A stretch of 64,000 nucleotides of DNA. Origin: Candidatus Bathyarchaeota archaeon. Lineage in GTDB: Archaea > Thermoproteota > Bathyarchaeia > TCS64. Location: the NCBI GenBank assembly GCA_963771885.1, contig CAVYVF010000002.1, positions 224,001 to 288,000 on the forward strand. The letters are read 5' to 3'. This document shows positions 20,197-30,656 of the stretch, piece by piece (within the stretch, counting starts at the first letter, position 1; the number at the start of each line of letters is the position of its first letter). The position numbers were made by a program, and so were the translations under genes. The notes beneath the pieces were generated by a model. It was not told the origin of the DNA. It ran no database searches and saw only the letters and a program-made list of their open reading frames with translations.

Positions 20197-22077
20197 GCAC
20201 CATCAAGACGGAGCCCGGCGGATACGCGGGCAAGTGGCTCGACATAGACCTCACCAAGGGCAAGATCGAGACCGTTACATTCCCCTACGAGTATGCTTGA
20301 GCAGTACTTCGGCGGCAGGGGCATGGCGGCGAAGATACTCTGGGACCGCGTCGGAGACAAGTGGAGCGAACTTGACTCACTCTCTCCCGAGAACCCACTC
20401 ATATTCGCAACGGGGCCGATGACCGGCATCTACCCAGGTGCACGCATTTGCGTTAGCGGTAAGAGCCCCGCAAACAACGGCGTCATCGGCAGCACGGCTG
20501 CGACTGAGACCGCCGTAGAGCTGAAGGACGCGGGATACGACGGTATAATATTCACGGGCAAGTCAGAGAACCCCGTCTATCTATTAGTCACTGACAGTGG
20601 AGTGGAGCTCGTCGACGCGAAGCACCTCTGGGGCCTCGACTCCGAGGAGACGCTGATCAAACTCAACAAAGAGGTCAGGGACGCTCTAGCGAAGAAGATG
20701 CCACGGGTCGGCCTCTGGAAGGAGCCGGCGACCATGTACATCGGCCCAGCCGGGGAGAACAAGGTGCGTAACTCGGCGGTATGCACAAAGATATGTCACG
20801 CCGCCGGCTATGGTGGTTACGGGGCGCTGATGGGCTCGAAGAACCTAAAGGCGATCGCCGTCAAGAGCAGGGGTATATTCCCGGCTGTCGACGCACCAGA
20901 GACCGTCAAGGTTCTGTGGAGGAAGGTCCACGCCGACTTGATCGCCGTGTCATCAATGCGCAGGTGGGGCACGGGTGCCATGGGCTATGGAGCCGGATAT
21001 GGAACGAGCAGCGAGCCCATCAGGAACTGGCAGGAGGAGTGGCACGACGAGAAGCAACTCGGCGTAAACCGATACATGGACAAGTACTGGGTCAAGGTAA
21101 AGTGGGCGGACTTCAACTGCACCACTAACTGCATGAAGGTCAGCTGCATAAAGTCAGGTAAGTGGAAGGGCGACATCACCGACGTCCCAGACTACGAGCT
21201 GCAAGCATACTGCGGGACCAACTTCGGCATCTACGACGCCGGCGACAACATCCACCTGAGCACCCTGATGGACAAGCTGGGGCACAGCGGCATTAACGGA
21301 GCGAACACGATCGGATTCGCAGCCGAGCTTTACCAGCGAGGTATACTCACCGAGGAGGACATAGGCTTCAAGCTCGAGTGGGGCGACGTCGAGGCCTTCG
21401 ACAAGCTCACGCGTATGATGGCATACCGACAGGGCATAGGTGACATCCTCGCCGAGGGCAGCTACCGCGCTGCGATAAAGATCGCAGAGATGAAGGGACT
21501 ACCCAGGGATGACGTGCTGAAGTACGTCATCCACGTCAAGGGCATAGAGATCGGCGCCCACGGCACACGAAGCGATATGGACTACACACACGACATGACC
21601 TACGCCGCTAGCGTCCAGGGTGGAGACCACACCGCAAACGTCATAGATGGCTACAACGACATGAGCGGCAATCTCTACTTCGACTCCGCTGTCTACTGCA
21701 GCTTCACCGGGAGGGGACCGAGCGTCGCCCTCCAGTTCGACTTCGCCAAGGCAGTTACCGGCTTCCCAATCAACATCACGAGTTGGAGGAAGGTCAACGG
21801 CCCGAGGATCACAACGCTGCAGAAGGCGTTCCTCCTCATGGGCGGACCTGACCTCATGTGGGAACCGCTAAAGGACGATGACAACCCGCCCCGCTACTAT
21901 GAGCCACTGCCATCAGGGCCCTGGAAGGGCAAGACCACGGACAAGGAGCGCGTCGACCTCAGAATACAGGCCTACTTCGAGACCCTCGGCTGGGATAACA
22001 GGGGCATCCCGAAGAAGGAGACTCTCGAGAGGCTCGACCTCGGCTTCCTAGAGAAACACATGGCGAAGTACCGCTAA
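20193..22077 (+). CDS. Tungsten aldehyde:ferredoxin oxidoreductase family (frameshift near 20292)
   Basis: GGYAGKWLDIDL, FGGRG, KSP, GPAGEN, MGSKNLKAI, DILAEG, GWDNRGIP. Confidence 0.9.
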
Positions 22078-22147
22078 TCCTACTTTCATTTACTCTCATT
22101 CTTTTCACTAGGACACGTTTTAAGCGACCTTTTCGTGTTCATTCCAG

Positions 22148-25018
22148 ATGTCGGTCTTCAATCTGCTCCATCCCCGGCTGAGGGAGGCCCTAACTGAGTT
22201 TGGGCTGGTGAAGCCGACTCCGCCACAGGAGAGGGTGATCCCCCCTATTCTGGCGGGGGAGAATGTCCTCCTCGTGGCGCCAACGGCGAGTGGCAAGACC
22301 GAGGCGGCTATACTCCCGGTCTTCGACGCCTACTTGCGCGAGGGGGACAAGGCCGGCATCAACATCATCTACATTACGCCTCTCCGCGCCTTGAACCGGG
22401 ACATCGACAAGCGTATGATGGCGTGGGCGGAGAGCCTCGGCATCGATGTGCAGGTGCGCCATAGCGACACGACGCAGAAGCAGAGGCGGAGTCAACTCAA
22501 GAAGCCGCCCCAGATGCTGATAACGACCCCTGAGACGCTTCAGGCGATCCTCCCCACGAAGGACATGAGGAAGCACCTCGCCTCTGTACGCTGGGTCATT
22601 ATCGACGAGATACACGACCTCGCCGCCTCGAAGCGTGGAGCACAGCTCACCGTGGGACTGGCTCGCCTTGATGAAGTCGCGGCGAAGCCACCACAGAGAA
22701 TCGGCCTCTCAGCCACCGTCGGCAACCCCGAGACCATCGCCGCATTCCTTGCCGGCCCCCACCCAATTAAGATCGTCGAGGTCACTGTGGACAAGAACTA
22801 CGTCTACGACGTCGAGTACCCTGAGGCCAAGGCGGAGGACTTCGACCTCGCGAGCGACATGAACACGACGCCTATAGCGGCGTCCCGCCTACGCGCCATA
22901 AGGGACCTGGTCAGGGCACATCACTCCACACTCATCTTCGTGCAGGGGCGCGGACAGGCGGAGAGCCTCGGCCACAAGCTCGGGCAGCTCGACCCCGGCA
23001 TAGAGGTCCACCACGGCAGCCTGAGTAGGGAGCAGCGTCATATCGTCGAGGACAGGTTCAAAGCTGGCGAGTTGAAGGCGATCGTCGCCACCTCCACACT
23101 GCAGCTCGGCATCGACGTCGGCAACGTCGACCTGACGATACAGTACAACAGTCCACGTCAAGTATCCACGCTAATACAGCGTGTGGGGCGCGCTGGGCAT
23201 AAGTTGAGCAAGCTCTCACGGGGTATAATCGTCACCGCCTACGGTGAGGACGCGCTGGAGTCCATGGTGACTGCGCGGAAGGCGAAGGTTAACGAGATAG
23301 AGCCGACCGAGCCACATAGGAATCCGCTCGACGTCCTCGCCCATCAGGTAACTGGGATGACGCTCGACTACGGTGAAGTCAACCTAGAAAAAATATATTC
23401 TATTATTATAGGTGGCGCGAACTGCTTCAAAACACTTAGCCGCGGCGATTTTGAAGATGTCGTCGGCTTCCTAAATGCCATAAGGATCGTGAACAGGAGG
23501 GGAGATAAGTTGGAGAAGACGAAGAAGGGACAGAGATATTACTACGAGAACCTCGGCATGATCAACGACGAGAGGCGTTACCCCTTCATCAATGTCGCCA
23601 CCGACAAGGTGATTGGCACCGTCGGCGATGAGTTCTGGACGCTTCGGGCACGCGTTGGCCTTAACGTTATCCTCAAGGGAAAAGTCTGGAAAATTCTGCA
23701 GATCGACGAGGACGAAGGGAGACTCTTCGTGCTTCCCAGTGATGATCCCCTCGGGGCGCTCCCCGGATGGGACGGCGAGCTCATCGGCGTCACAAAGGAC
23801 GTCGCTGAGGAGGTCGGCGACGTCAGGGAGATGATGGGGGAGAGGATCAAAGTGAAAGGGCTAGAGGTGACAGTTGAGGAACTCTCGAAGGAACTCCACC
23901 TCCCTCTCGCGACAGTCGCCGTAGCGGCTAAGGAGGTCGATGCACAGCTAAAAGCCGGCTTCCCGATCCCTAATAAGGGTCTCATACTCGTCGAGTCGTA
24001 CGAGAGATACATCATCATACACACCGCCTACGGAAGCAAGGTCAACACGACCCTCGGCTGCGTCCTCGACGCCATGCTCAGCGAGAGGGACCTAATCCTT
24101 GGCTGGTGGAGCGACGCCTACCGAATACTCATCGAGGCGACTGGCAAGGTAAGTAGGTATGATGTCGACGATGTCGTAAACGTCCTCAAGAGCCTTAAGC
24201 CGGAGGACGCGGAGACTCGCCTCACCGAGTACATGGAGGCGCGGTTTCCCTACGCCTACAACATGAAGTTCATCGCAGAGCGCTTCGGAGCCATACCCCG
24301 TGGCAAATCCTATGGCGCCGAGTCACTAAACCGCCTCTACCGTAGGTATAAAAACAGCCCCATCTACAAGGAGGCGCTACGCGAGGTCTACAAGGAGAAG
24401 CTTGACCTCAACTCCGTGAAGCAGATAGTGGGCGACGCCTCAGCCGGCAGTATACAGATACAGTACGTCCCTGCGAAGGAACCGAGTCCACTCGCACGGC
24501 ACATACTCGAAGCCTACGCCGACCTCGAGGAGCTACTCGACTCCAGCATCACCGTCCCCGACCAACTCGATTACATGCAGAAGAGCGTCCACGCTAGGGA
24601 GGTGAAACTGAGTTGCATGAACTGCAACGAGTGGCACACCGAGGCGAGGATACGGGACCTGCCTGATCGCCCCACATGCATTAAGTGCGGTTCGGGTCTG
24701 CTGGCCGTTCTCCGCCGAGTGGAGGACCCTGAGCACTTCCGGTCCCTCCTCAATCGCATGAAAGTAGGCGAGCAGCTCATACCCGAGGAAACGGATACAG
24801 TCACGAATGGGCGCAAGACCGCCGACATGGTCCTGAGCTATGGGCGCAAGGCTGTGGAAGCGCTCGGTGTCTACGGCGTCGGCCCCGTCACCGCCTATCA
24901 GGTATTAAGCAGGATGCACTCAACCGACACCGATTTCTACTCCGCCTTGTTAAAGGCAAAAATCCAGTACATGCGTACGCGGCAATACTGGGATAACAAG
25001 AAAGAGAAGATGAAGTAG
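22148..25018 (+). CDS. lhr: Lhr-like DEAD/H helicase with C-terminal Zn motif
   Basis: APTASGKT, DEIH, SAT, HHGSLS, QRVGRAGH, CxxC...CxxC. Confidence 0.9.
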   Translation: MSVFNLLHPRLREALTEFGLVKPTPPQERVIPPILAGENVLLVAPTASGKTEAAILPVFDAYLREGDKAGINIIYITPLRALNRDIDKRMMAWAESLGIDVQVRHSDTTQKQRRSQLKKPPQMLITTPETLQAILPTKDMRKHLASVRWVIIDEIHDLAASKRGAQLTVGLARLDEVAAKPPQRIGLSATVGNPETIAAFLAGPHPIKIVEVTVDKNYVYDVEYPEAKAEDFDLASDMNTTPIAASRLRAIRDLVRAHHSTLIFVQGRGQAESLGHKLGQLDPGIEVHHGSLSREQRHIVEDRFKAGELKAIVATSTLQLGIDVGNVDLTIQYNSPRQVSTLIQRVGRAGHKLSKLSRGIIVTAYGEDALESMVTARKAKVNEIEPTEPHRNPLDVLAHQVTGMTLDYGEVNLEKIYSIIIGGANCFKTLSRGDFEDVVGFLNAIRIVNRRGDKLEKTKKGQRYYYENLGMINDERRYPFINVATDKVIGTVGDEFWTLRARVGLNVILKGKVWKILQIDEDEGRLFVLPSDDPLGALPGWDGELIGVTKDVAEEVGDVREMMGERIKVKGLEVTVEELSKELHLPLATVAVAAKEVDAQLKAGFPIPNKGLILVESYERYIIIHTAYGSKVNTTLGCVLDAMLSERDLILGWWSDAYRILIEATGKVSRYDVDDVVNVLKSLKPEDAETRLTEYMEARFPYAYNMKFIAERFGAIPRGKSYGAESLNRLYRRYKNSPIYKEALREVYKEKLDLNSVKQIVGDASAGSIQIQYVPAKEPSPLARHILEAYADLEELLDSSITVPDQLDYMQKSVHAREVKLSCMNCNEWHTEARIRDLPDRPTCIKCGSGLLAVLRRVEDPEHFRSLLNRMKVGEQLIPEETDTVTNGRKTADMVLSYGRKAVEALGVYGVGPVTAYQVLSRMHSTDTDFYSALLKAKIQYMRTRQYWDNKKEKMK

Positions 25019-25019
25019 G

Positions 25020-25364
25020 TTACTCGTCGTCCTTGAGGAATTTCGACTCGTCGTCGCCGGCCTCGAGGGCGAAGTTCATGTGCGCCATGCTCGCGCCTGC
25101 GCCTAGTGCAGCGGCAACTGCTATGACTTCTGCGAGCTCCTCCTTCGTCGCGCCTGCCGCGAGCGCCCTCTTCGCGTGGGCCTCGATGCAGTACGGGCAC
25201 CTCGTGATATATGTGGCAGCGACCGCGCAGAGCTCCTTTGTCTTTACGTCGAGCTTGCCCGGCTCGAAGACTTTCTCGTCGAATTCTCCGAAGGCCTTGA
25301 GCACACCCTGATTCCAGTACTTTGTGACTTCCCTGTTCCTCTTCTTGGCGTAGTAGTATGCCAT
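25020..25364 (-). CDS. Carboxymuconolactone decarboxylase/AhpD family
   Basis: LDVKTKEL...CPYCIEAH. Confidence 0.85.
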   Translation of the reverse strand: MAYYYAKKRNREVTKYWNQGVLKAFGEFDEKVFEPGKLDVKTKELCAVAATYITRCPYCIEAHAKRALAAGATKEELAEVIAVAAALGAGASMAHMNFALEAGDDESKFLKDDE

Positions 25365-25401
25365 AGGGGAACGCTCGCCACACCTTATTCAAGCCTTGTG
25401 G

Positions 25402-26589
25402 TTAACGCATGACGGCGGCGAGCGCCTCGATGCTTCTCTCGACGCCGTCGCCGAGGTGGCTCGCGTTCAGCTCCGCGAGGCGCTCAGCAAATGATTCGTC
25501 TCCCAACATCTCCTCAATGAGGAGAAGAAGCCCGTCCCTCTCGATGTTCTTTTGGTGGATTGCATGGGCGACGCCGAGCTCCTGCGCCCGGCGGGCGTTA
25601 CCGTACTGCTCCGGGTGGTTCGCCACTGGTATTATAACAGCTGGCTTCCCATAGCAGATACTCTGCATCATCGTCTCGTGTCCGCCTCGGGATATGACAA
25701 GATCACAGGCGTTCAGTATGTCGAACTTCTCCTTGACCCAACTAACCTTGATTAATGAACCATTCCTAACTGGCTTGGAGTCGCCATTCGGGTCGCCCAT
25801 AGACATCACGACGCGGTACTCATCGGGAAAGGACTCGAAGATTGGCGAGAGGAGTTTCAGTAGAGGCAGCCTCTCAGCACGTGGGCCACTTATCCCCGCA
25901 TAGACGAGCCTCTGCTCAGGGGCAACATCTAGCTCTGCTCTGACATCGCACCTGTCTCTCGCCTCTTCCGGCCTCTTCGGAAGGATGGCGCCGACGAGTT
26001 CCACCTTCTTCTGGTATGGCCCGGGGATTCGCAGGCAGTCTATGCTGAGCGTGTTGGGGGCTGGGAAGTCGGGTATAAGAATCTTGTCGGCGTAGCCCCA
26101 ACCCCTGCCGATGAGGGTCATTATCACGCCGTCCCCTACTTTGGACAGCATGAACATGTCCTTCTTCATCGGAATGAGTGGTGTGAACTGATTGAGGATG
26201 AGCAGGATGGGAAGGCCAAGCATCTTCGCGGCAAAGATGGATGAGAGGCGGGAATCAGAGACGACGGCGTCCGGCTTAAACGCCTTCATATATTTGATCT
26301 CGGCGTTCACCTGCCTCATGAACGTGGGGAGAGCCTTGACTCCCTGATTGATCGAGGACATCTTCAGATCGATGCTCCCCGAAGAGTCGTTCGACATCGA
26401 GATAGGCGGCGCGGGGAGGACCCTGAACCCCTGCTTCGCCGTATAGTCGATGCCCTCAAGGTATGTTGAGAAGACTATCTCGGCGCCGCGCCTACGCAGC
26501 TCCTGCGCTATAGGCATGTTACGGCTCGCGTGGCCGAGACCAATGCCGCAGGGGCTGAAGTATATCCGGGCGCCGTCGAAGCCAACCAA
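25402..26589 (-). CDS. GT28/MJ1255-like glycosyltransferase
   Basis: GIGLGHASR, ISRGGH, HPEQYGNA. Confidence 0.82.
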   Translation of the reverse strand: MVGFDGARIYFSPCGIGLGHASRNMPIAQELRRRGAEIVFSTYLEGIDYTAKQGFRVLPAPPISMSNDSSGSIDLKMSSINQGVKALPTFMRQVNAEIKYMKAFKPDAVVSDSRLSSIFAAKMLGLPILLILNQFTPLIPMKKDMFMLSKVGDGVIMTLIGRGWGYADKILIPDFPAPNTLSIDCLRIPGPYQKKVELVGAILPKRPEEARDRCDVRAELDVAPEQRLVYAGISGPRAERLPLLKLLSPIFESFPDEYRVVMSMGDPNGDSKPVRNGSLIKVSWVKEKFDILNACDLVISRGGHETMMQSICYGKPAVIIPVANHPEQYGNARRAQELGVAHAIHQKNIERDGLLLLIEEMLGDESFAERLAELNASHLGDGVERSIEALAAVMR

Positions 26590-26598
26590 GTGATGACC

Positions 26599-27216
26599 CT
26601 AGCCGTGTATCTCTTCCCTCTCGATCTCTCCGCCCGGCGTCTTCTCGGCGAAGATAATGGCGGCGAAGCTGCAGACCTCTGTGCCAGGTAGAAGCCACGA
26701 GTCTGGCGGGAGCCCCGCCTTTACGCAGCACTGACTTAGGAACTCCCCGGAGTCCCACCCCCACTCCGTGGCGACCTGCGGGAGTAACAGCCCGCTCCTA
26801 CCGCCCCGCTTGACTATAAGCCCGTGCTCCCCCACCCTGACGCACATCGGGTATCTCTCCGGCTTCTCCACTTTAACGACCTCTGGAGGCGTGAGAACAC
26901 TGACTTCGACTACGATTTTGCCGAGTTCATCCCTTTTTAGTTGGGGGAATCTAGGGTCCTCGAATGCGGCCGCCTCGGCAACTTCGACAACGGCTTCGAC
27001 GAGCGGCTTGATGGGGTAGGGGTAGCCTATGCAGCCCCTGAGCTTCCTTTCCCCCCCGAAGAGTGTGTTGAGGGTGACGAAGACTCCGCATACCTCCCGC
27101 GTCTTCGAGGGCGCGTCGCCGGTGTCCACCTTCTTCCTCGAAAAGTTGGCCTCGATGGTCCCGCGCGCCAGCTTTACGAGGTATGTTCCCTCGCTGAGCG
27201 TAAGGTCGAAGGTCAT
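26599..27216 (-). CDS. AMMECR1 domain protein (AmmeMemoRadiSam protein A)
   Basis: GVFVTL, LRGCIG, DPRF, GLLLPQVA, CVKAGL. Confidence 0.92.
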   Translation of the reverse strand: MTFDLTLSEGTYLVKLARGTIEANFSRKKVDTGDAPSKTREVCGVFVTLNTLFGGERKLRGCIGYPYPIKPLVEAVVEVAEAAAFEDPRFPQLKRDELGKIVVEVSVLTPPEVVKVEKPERYPMCVRVGEHGLIVKRGGRSGLLLPQVATEWGWDSGEFLSQCCVKAGLPPDSWLLPGTEVCSFAAIIFAEKTPGGEIEREEIHG

Positions 27217-27254
27217 GGGGGCTCCTTCTTTCATAGTTCGGGTGTCCGGCGCGT

Positions 27255-27732
27255 TTAAATGGATGCCGGATGGGCCTCGGCGCGTCTTAGCGTCTCCACT
27301 ATCTTTGGCCAGTGGCTTCCCCGCCAGTAGACGCTCCCGCACTGGGGGCAAGCCCAGTAGTCGTCGATGACCCTGTATGTGCCCTCGGGGACCCTGCCCT
27401 CTACGTCTGCCTTAACTACCTTTTCGACGGCGTGATTACATTTCGGGCATCTGGACTGCGTGGGGTCGAACGTGAGACCATAACTCCGCGGATAGCTGTG
27501 CAAGCGCCTCCTCGTCTCTCTCTGATTTGATATATATGGAGTCTGCACCTCTCTTCTTCGCCCTGATAACGAGCACCTCGTCGCGGGTCAGTAGAATCCG
27601 GCTCCAGCGGAGCGCCTCATCGACGAGTTCATCGTCCTCCGTGTCCTTCCTGTACTCGGTGTCATATCCCCCGATCCTGAGCCATCTGGCGAGTGAACCG
27701 AGCATACCGTCTAGGAGGAAGCGGGGCGCCAT
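27255..27732 (-). CDS. Mut7-C RNase (PIN + Zn ribbon), frameshift near 27482
   Basis: FLLDGMLGSLARWLR.GYD, LLTRD, RCPKCN, CPQCGSVYWRGSH. Confidence 0.88.
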
Positions 27733-27756
27733 CAAAACTAGAAATGGGCCGGTGGC

Positions 27757-28320
27757 TTATTCTTCCTTCTCCTCGGCTCGGCAGTCCTCGCAGAGGAACT
27801 CGCCGTCTACACCGCGGAGGTTGGTCGAGTAGGCCTCGCAGCGGTCGCAGTAGCCGACCGTGGAGGGACTGAAGCCTTCGGGGGCGCCATTGATCTTGGA
27901 GTTCTCCCTCATTATCTCCATGATAGTGGGGATTATCCTGATGATATCTTTGTGACTGATTATGCCGACGAGCTGCCCCTTGTACGTCACGCCGAGGCGA
28001 CGAATGTTGAGCTTATCCATCATCCTCATCGCGTCGACTATGGGTGTCTCCGCCTTAACGACGCGGAGTGGACTGGACATAACCTCGCCAGCGGTGACTC
28101 CCTTCGGCGACTTGCCGTCAGCGACGACGCGCAGCACAATGTCCCGCTCCGTGACAATGCCGACGGGCTGCCCCTCAGCGTTGTTTACCACGACTGCGCC
28201 GAGCTTCTGCTCGCGCATGAGCTTTGCGACCTCGGTGATGTCACTGCCCTCTTCGACGGCGAAGACGGGGCTAGACATCGCCTCCCGTACCATCATCTTT
28301 GGTTCTAACTCAAGGCTCAT
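27757..28320 (-). CDS. CBS-pair protein with C-terminal Zn ribbon
   Basis: Two CBS repeats (GIVTERDI, GIISHKDI) plus CDRC...CEDC. Confidence 0.88.
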   Translation of the reverse strand: MSLELEPKMMVREAMSSPVFAVEEGSDITEVAKLMREQKLGAVVVNNAEGQPVGIVTERDIVLRVVADGKSPKGVTAGEVMSSPLRVVKAETPIVDAMRMMDKLNIRRLGVTYKGQLVGIISHKDIIRIIPTIMEIMRENSKINGAPEGFSPSTVGYCDRCEAYSTNLRGVDGEFLCEDCRAEEKEE

Positions 28321-28401
28321 AGCCCCTATGCCTCCGAGTTGACAACGGATTATTGGTATAAAAAGGGTATGAAGTTGTACTCCATAATGGCGGGTGAATG
28401 G

Positions 28402-28740
28402 CTAGAGGAGGCTGACGCCACCACAGTGGTCGCAGACGACGACGCTTCCCGCTCCGACCTTCTCGGCGGAGACGCCGATCCATCCTCCGCACTGGCTGCA
28501 CCGAGCAAGTACGCCCCCACCCACCGAGGATGATGCCTTCACCTCACTCACCTTGCCAAGCCCTGTGATGACCGTGGGGCGCTTGAGGCCCAATCTAGAA
28601 GCCATGAGGCGTATCGAGTTTGGGCTCCTACTCGGAAGCTCTTCGAGGAGCTCGGGGAAGCTCGCTCCACTGGGGTACATACTCCTCAGCTTGTAGACCT
28701 CGGTCTCCGTCCAGACCCTCTGCCTCATCAGCATCGTCAT
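28402..28740 (-). CDS. Small protein: Myb/SANT-like HTH + Zn ribbon
   Basis: WTETEVYKLR...RSPNSIRLMASRLGL; CSQC...CDHC. Confidence 0.6.
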   Translation of the reverse strand: MTMLMRQRVWTETEVYKLRSMYPSGASFPELLEELPSRSPNSIRLMASRLGLKRPTVITGLGKVSEVKASSSVGGGVLARCSQCGGWIGVSAEKVGAGSVVVCDHCGGVSLL

Positions 28741-28759
28741 TATCCTCTAGGATGTTGGG

Positions 28760-28943
28760 GTAGCGCGGGTTGGGGAACCCGATATGGCAGGCCGGTTCGG
28801 CGTCGCGTCGGGTCACCCCGATCGCCTCGCCTCCCCCATTCTCCCCGCCCCGAAGCATCGCCTAGGCCAACCCGGGCTACACTAGGATTGACGACCCGTG
28901 AGGGCTGTCCATCGTGGTGGGTCTTCGGAGCCCCCCGCGCTAC
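28760..28943. ncRNA. Candidate structured RNA or 5' leader of unknown family
   Basis: Perfect 10-bp closing stem GTAGCGCGGG/CCCGCGCTAC enclosing several hairpins, some with GNRA or cUUCGg loops. Confidence 0.4.
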
Positions 28944-29186
28944 GCGATTAGAGCGGTTCGAATCGTATATGATGGTTCTGTTGCAGCGATTGTTCATTAC
29001 GTGGGTGGTTGGCGTAGAAAATTATATCCCTGTTTGTCTCATTGGGGTAAATATCGTCGCGTGGCGTTGAGACCAAAAGCCGTTTACGCCTTCCGGTGAA
29101 AACACGGGGACACGCCCCATGCCACTTGACTTCTCTGAGGAAAAACAGCCAGCATATAAACGCCCAGTGGTTCGACGAAAGGTTTA

Positions 29187-29959
29187 ATGAGAAACCGCCC
29201 GTTGGGATATGCGACTCCTTTGGAAATCCAGTACATTAGCAGGCCCGAGCTTGACCATCCGGATATGATAGCCGCGTGGCCGGGGATGGGTTATATTGCG
29301 AAGATATCCGCTGACTACCTGCGTAGGCGCCTCAACGCCAAGTTGTTCGCCGAGGTCACCTACTATCACAATATGCTCGTCTACAACAACGGTCAAGGCG
29401 AACTTTCCCCGATCAGGCACAGGTTCTACTATTCACCCTCGAGGAACCTGATAATCTGCGTCGGCGACGCGCAGCCATCGATACCCGAGGAGTCGATCAG
29501 GCTCGCGAGAACGTGTCGTAAACCTAGCAGTGGAGTTCGGTGTCCGCCGCATCTGGACCATGGCGGCGTACCCGACTGAGTACACGGATGAGCCCCAGGT
29601 CTACGGCGTCTACACGGATGAGTCAATGAAGGCACCACTCGAGGCGATTGGCGTTAAGATTGTTCAGGAGGAGGGCGTCGTGAACGGGCTCAACGGCGTA
29701 GTCATAGGAATAGCGAAGTCGCGGGGGATACCCGGCGTCTGCCTGATGGGCGACATAAAGTACGCCAACGTGCCCCAGCACCTCTCCTCACGCGCCGTAC
29801 TCATCAAGCTGGCGCCCTGCTCGATATCGAACTCGACACGACGCTCCTCGAGAAGAGGGCGAGGCGCCTCGACGCATCCATCAGAAAGAGGCTCGAGGCC
29901 TTCGAGGAGGAGGCTGAGCTCCCCCGATCTCGGAGAAGAAGCCAGACTACATCAGCTAA
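29187..29959 (+). CDS. PAC2 family proteasome assembly chaperone (two frameshifts)
   Basis: AAWPGMGYIAKISADYL, GDAQP, GLNGVVIGIAKSRGIPGVCLMG, C-terminal DYIS. Confidence 0.85.
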
Positions 29960-29995
29960 CGATACGTAGAAATATGCCGGAGCAGCCATAACGGG

Positions 29996-30277
29996 GTGAA
30001 CACGATGAAGCCCTCTGAGAAGCTCTACTGGATCAAGGCAGGCCTGGCGCTCGTCGCCGCGTTGTTATGCTTCTCCCTTCAGACCTACTTCGCCATTGAG
30101 GGGACGCTCGTCTTCCTACTCGGCGCCCTCCTATACCTCGCCACCTCCGACGCCCTTTCGAGCTACTTCAAGCTGGAGAGGGGACACGGACTCAAGGTGG
30201 GAGCCGGCGCGTACATATTCATCTGGATAATGGTCTGGACGCTCCTATACACGGTGTCCCAGACAGCACCCATCTAG
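29996..30277 (+). CDS. Small 3-TM protein, EMC6/Rab5ip-like
   Basis: 93 aa with three hydrophobic helices; C-terminal GAYIFIWIMVWTLLYT. Confidence 0.55.
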   Translation: MNTMKPSEKLYWIKAGLALVAALLCFSLQTYFAIEGTLVFLLGALLYLATSDALSSYFKLERGHGLKVGAGAYIFIWIMVWTLLYTVSQTAPI

Positions 30278-30278
30278 A

Positions 30279-30656
30279 CTACTTCTTAGCCGCCATTCTA
30301 TAATGAACTAGGTCGGACCACGCAGAGAAGAAACCCGTGTCGAACGGCTTCGGCCTCCCTTTCATGAGAAGCTCCCTGAAGTCTTTGCTGTGCTTCTCGA
30401 GTCCCTCCTCAGTGGTACTGGCCTTGTTGAAGAAGTCCCTATCGTCGCCGGAGCGGGCCGAGATGAGAATACCCTCCAGCGCCTTAATGTAGCCCTCCTG
30501 GAACTCGGGGTTGGCGTTCTTGCGGCTTCGTACCTCGTCAAGTGCCTTGTCGGCGTCACTGAAGCGACGCTCGATGACGGCGTCGAAGAAGACTATGACG
30601 GATTCGCGGGTCTTGCCGGTGGCCGTCATTCCTCGGGGTCTGTCAGATCTCTTCAT
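30279..30656 (-). CDS. Hypothetical protein
   Basis: 125-aa ORF overlapping the radA stop; EGYIKALEG and GFFSAW repeat-like helices. Confidence 0.6.
   Translation of the reverse strand: MKRSDRPRGMTATGKTRESVIVFFDAVIERRFSDADKALDEVRSRKNANPEFQEGYIKALEGILISARSGDDRDFFNKASTTEEGLEKHSKDFRELLMKGRPKPFDTGFFSAWSDLVHYRMAAKK

Noticed and set aside
25402..26589. GT28 gene as MurG, i.e. evidence for peptidoglycan synthesis
   Set aside because: It resembles the widespread archaeal MJ1255-like family; no Mur ligases, MraY or PBPs in the window
28950..28970. GGTTCGAATC resembling a tRNA T-loop
   Set aside because: The flanks do not form a 5-bp T-stem, and there is no acceptor, D or anticodon arm
28760..29000. 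SRP RNA or RNase P RNA
   Set aside because: No SRP helix-8 motif and no RNase P GAGGAAAGUCC or terminal conserved region found
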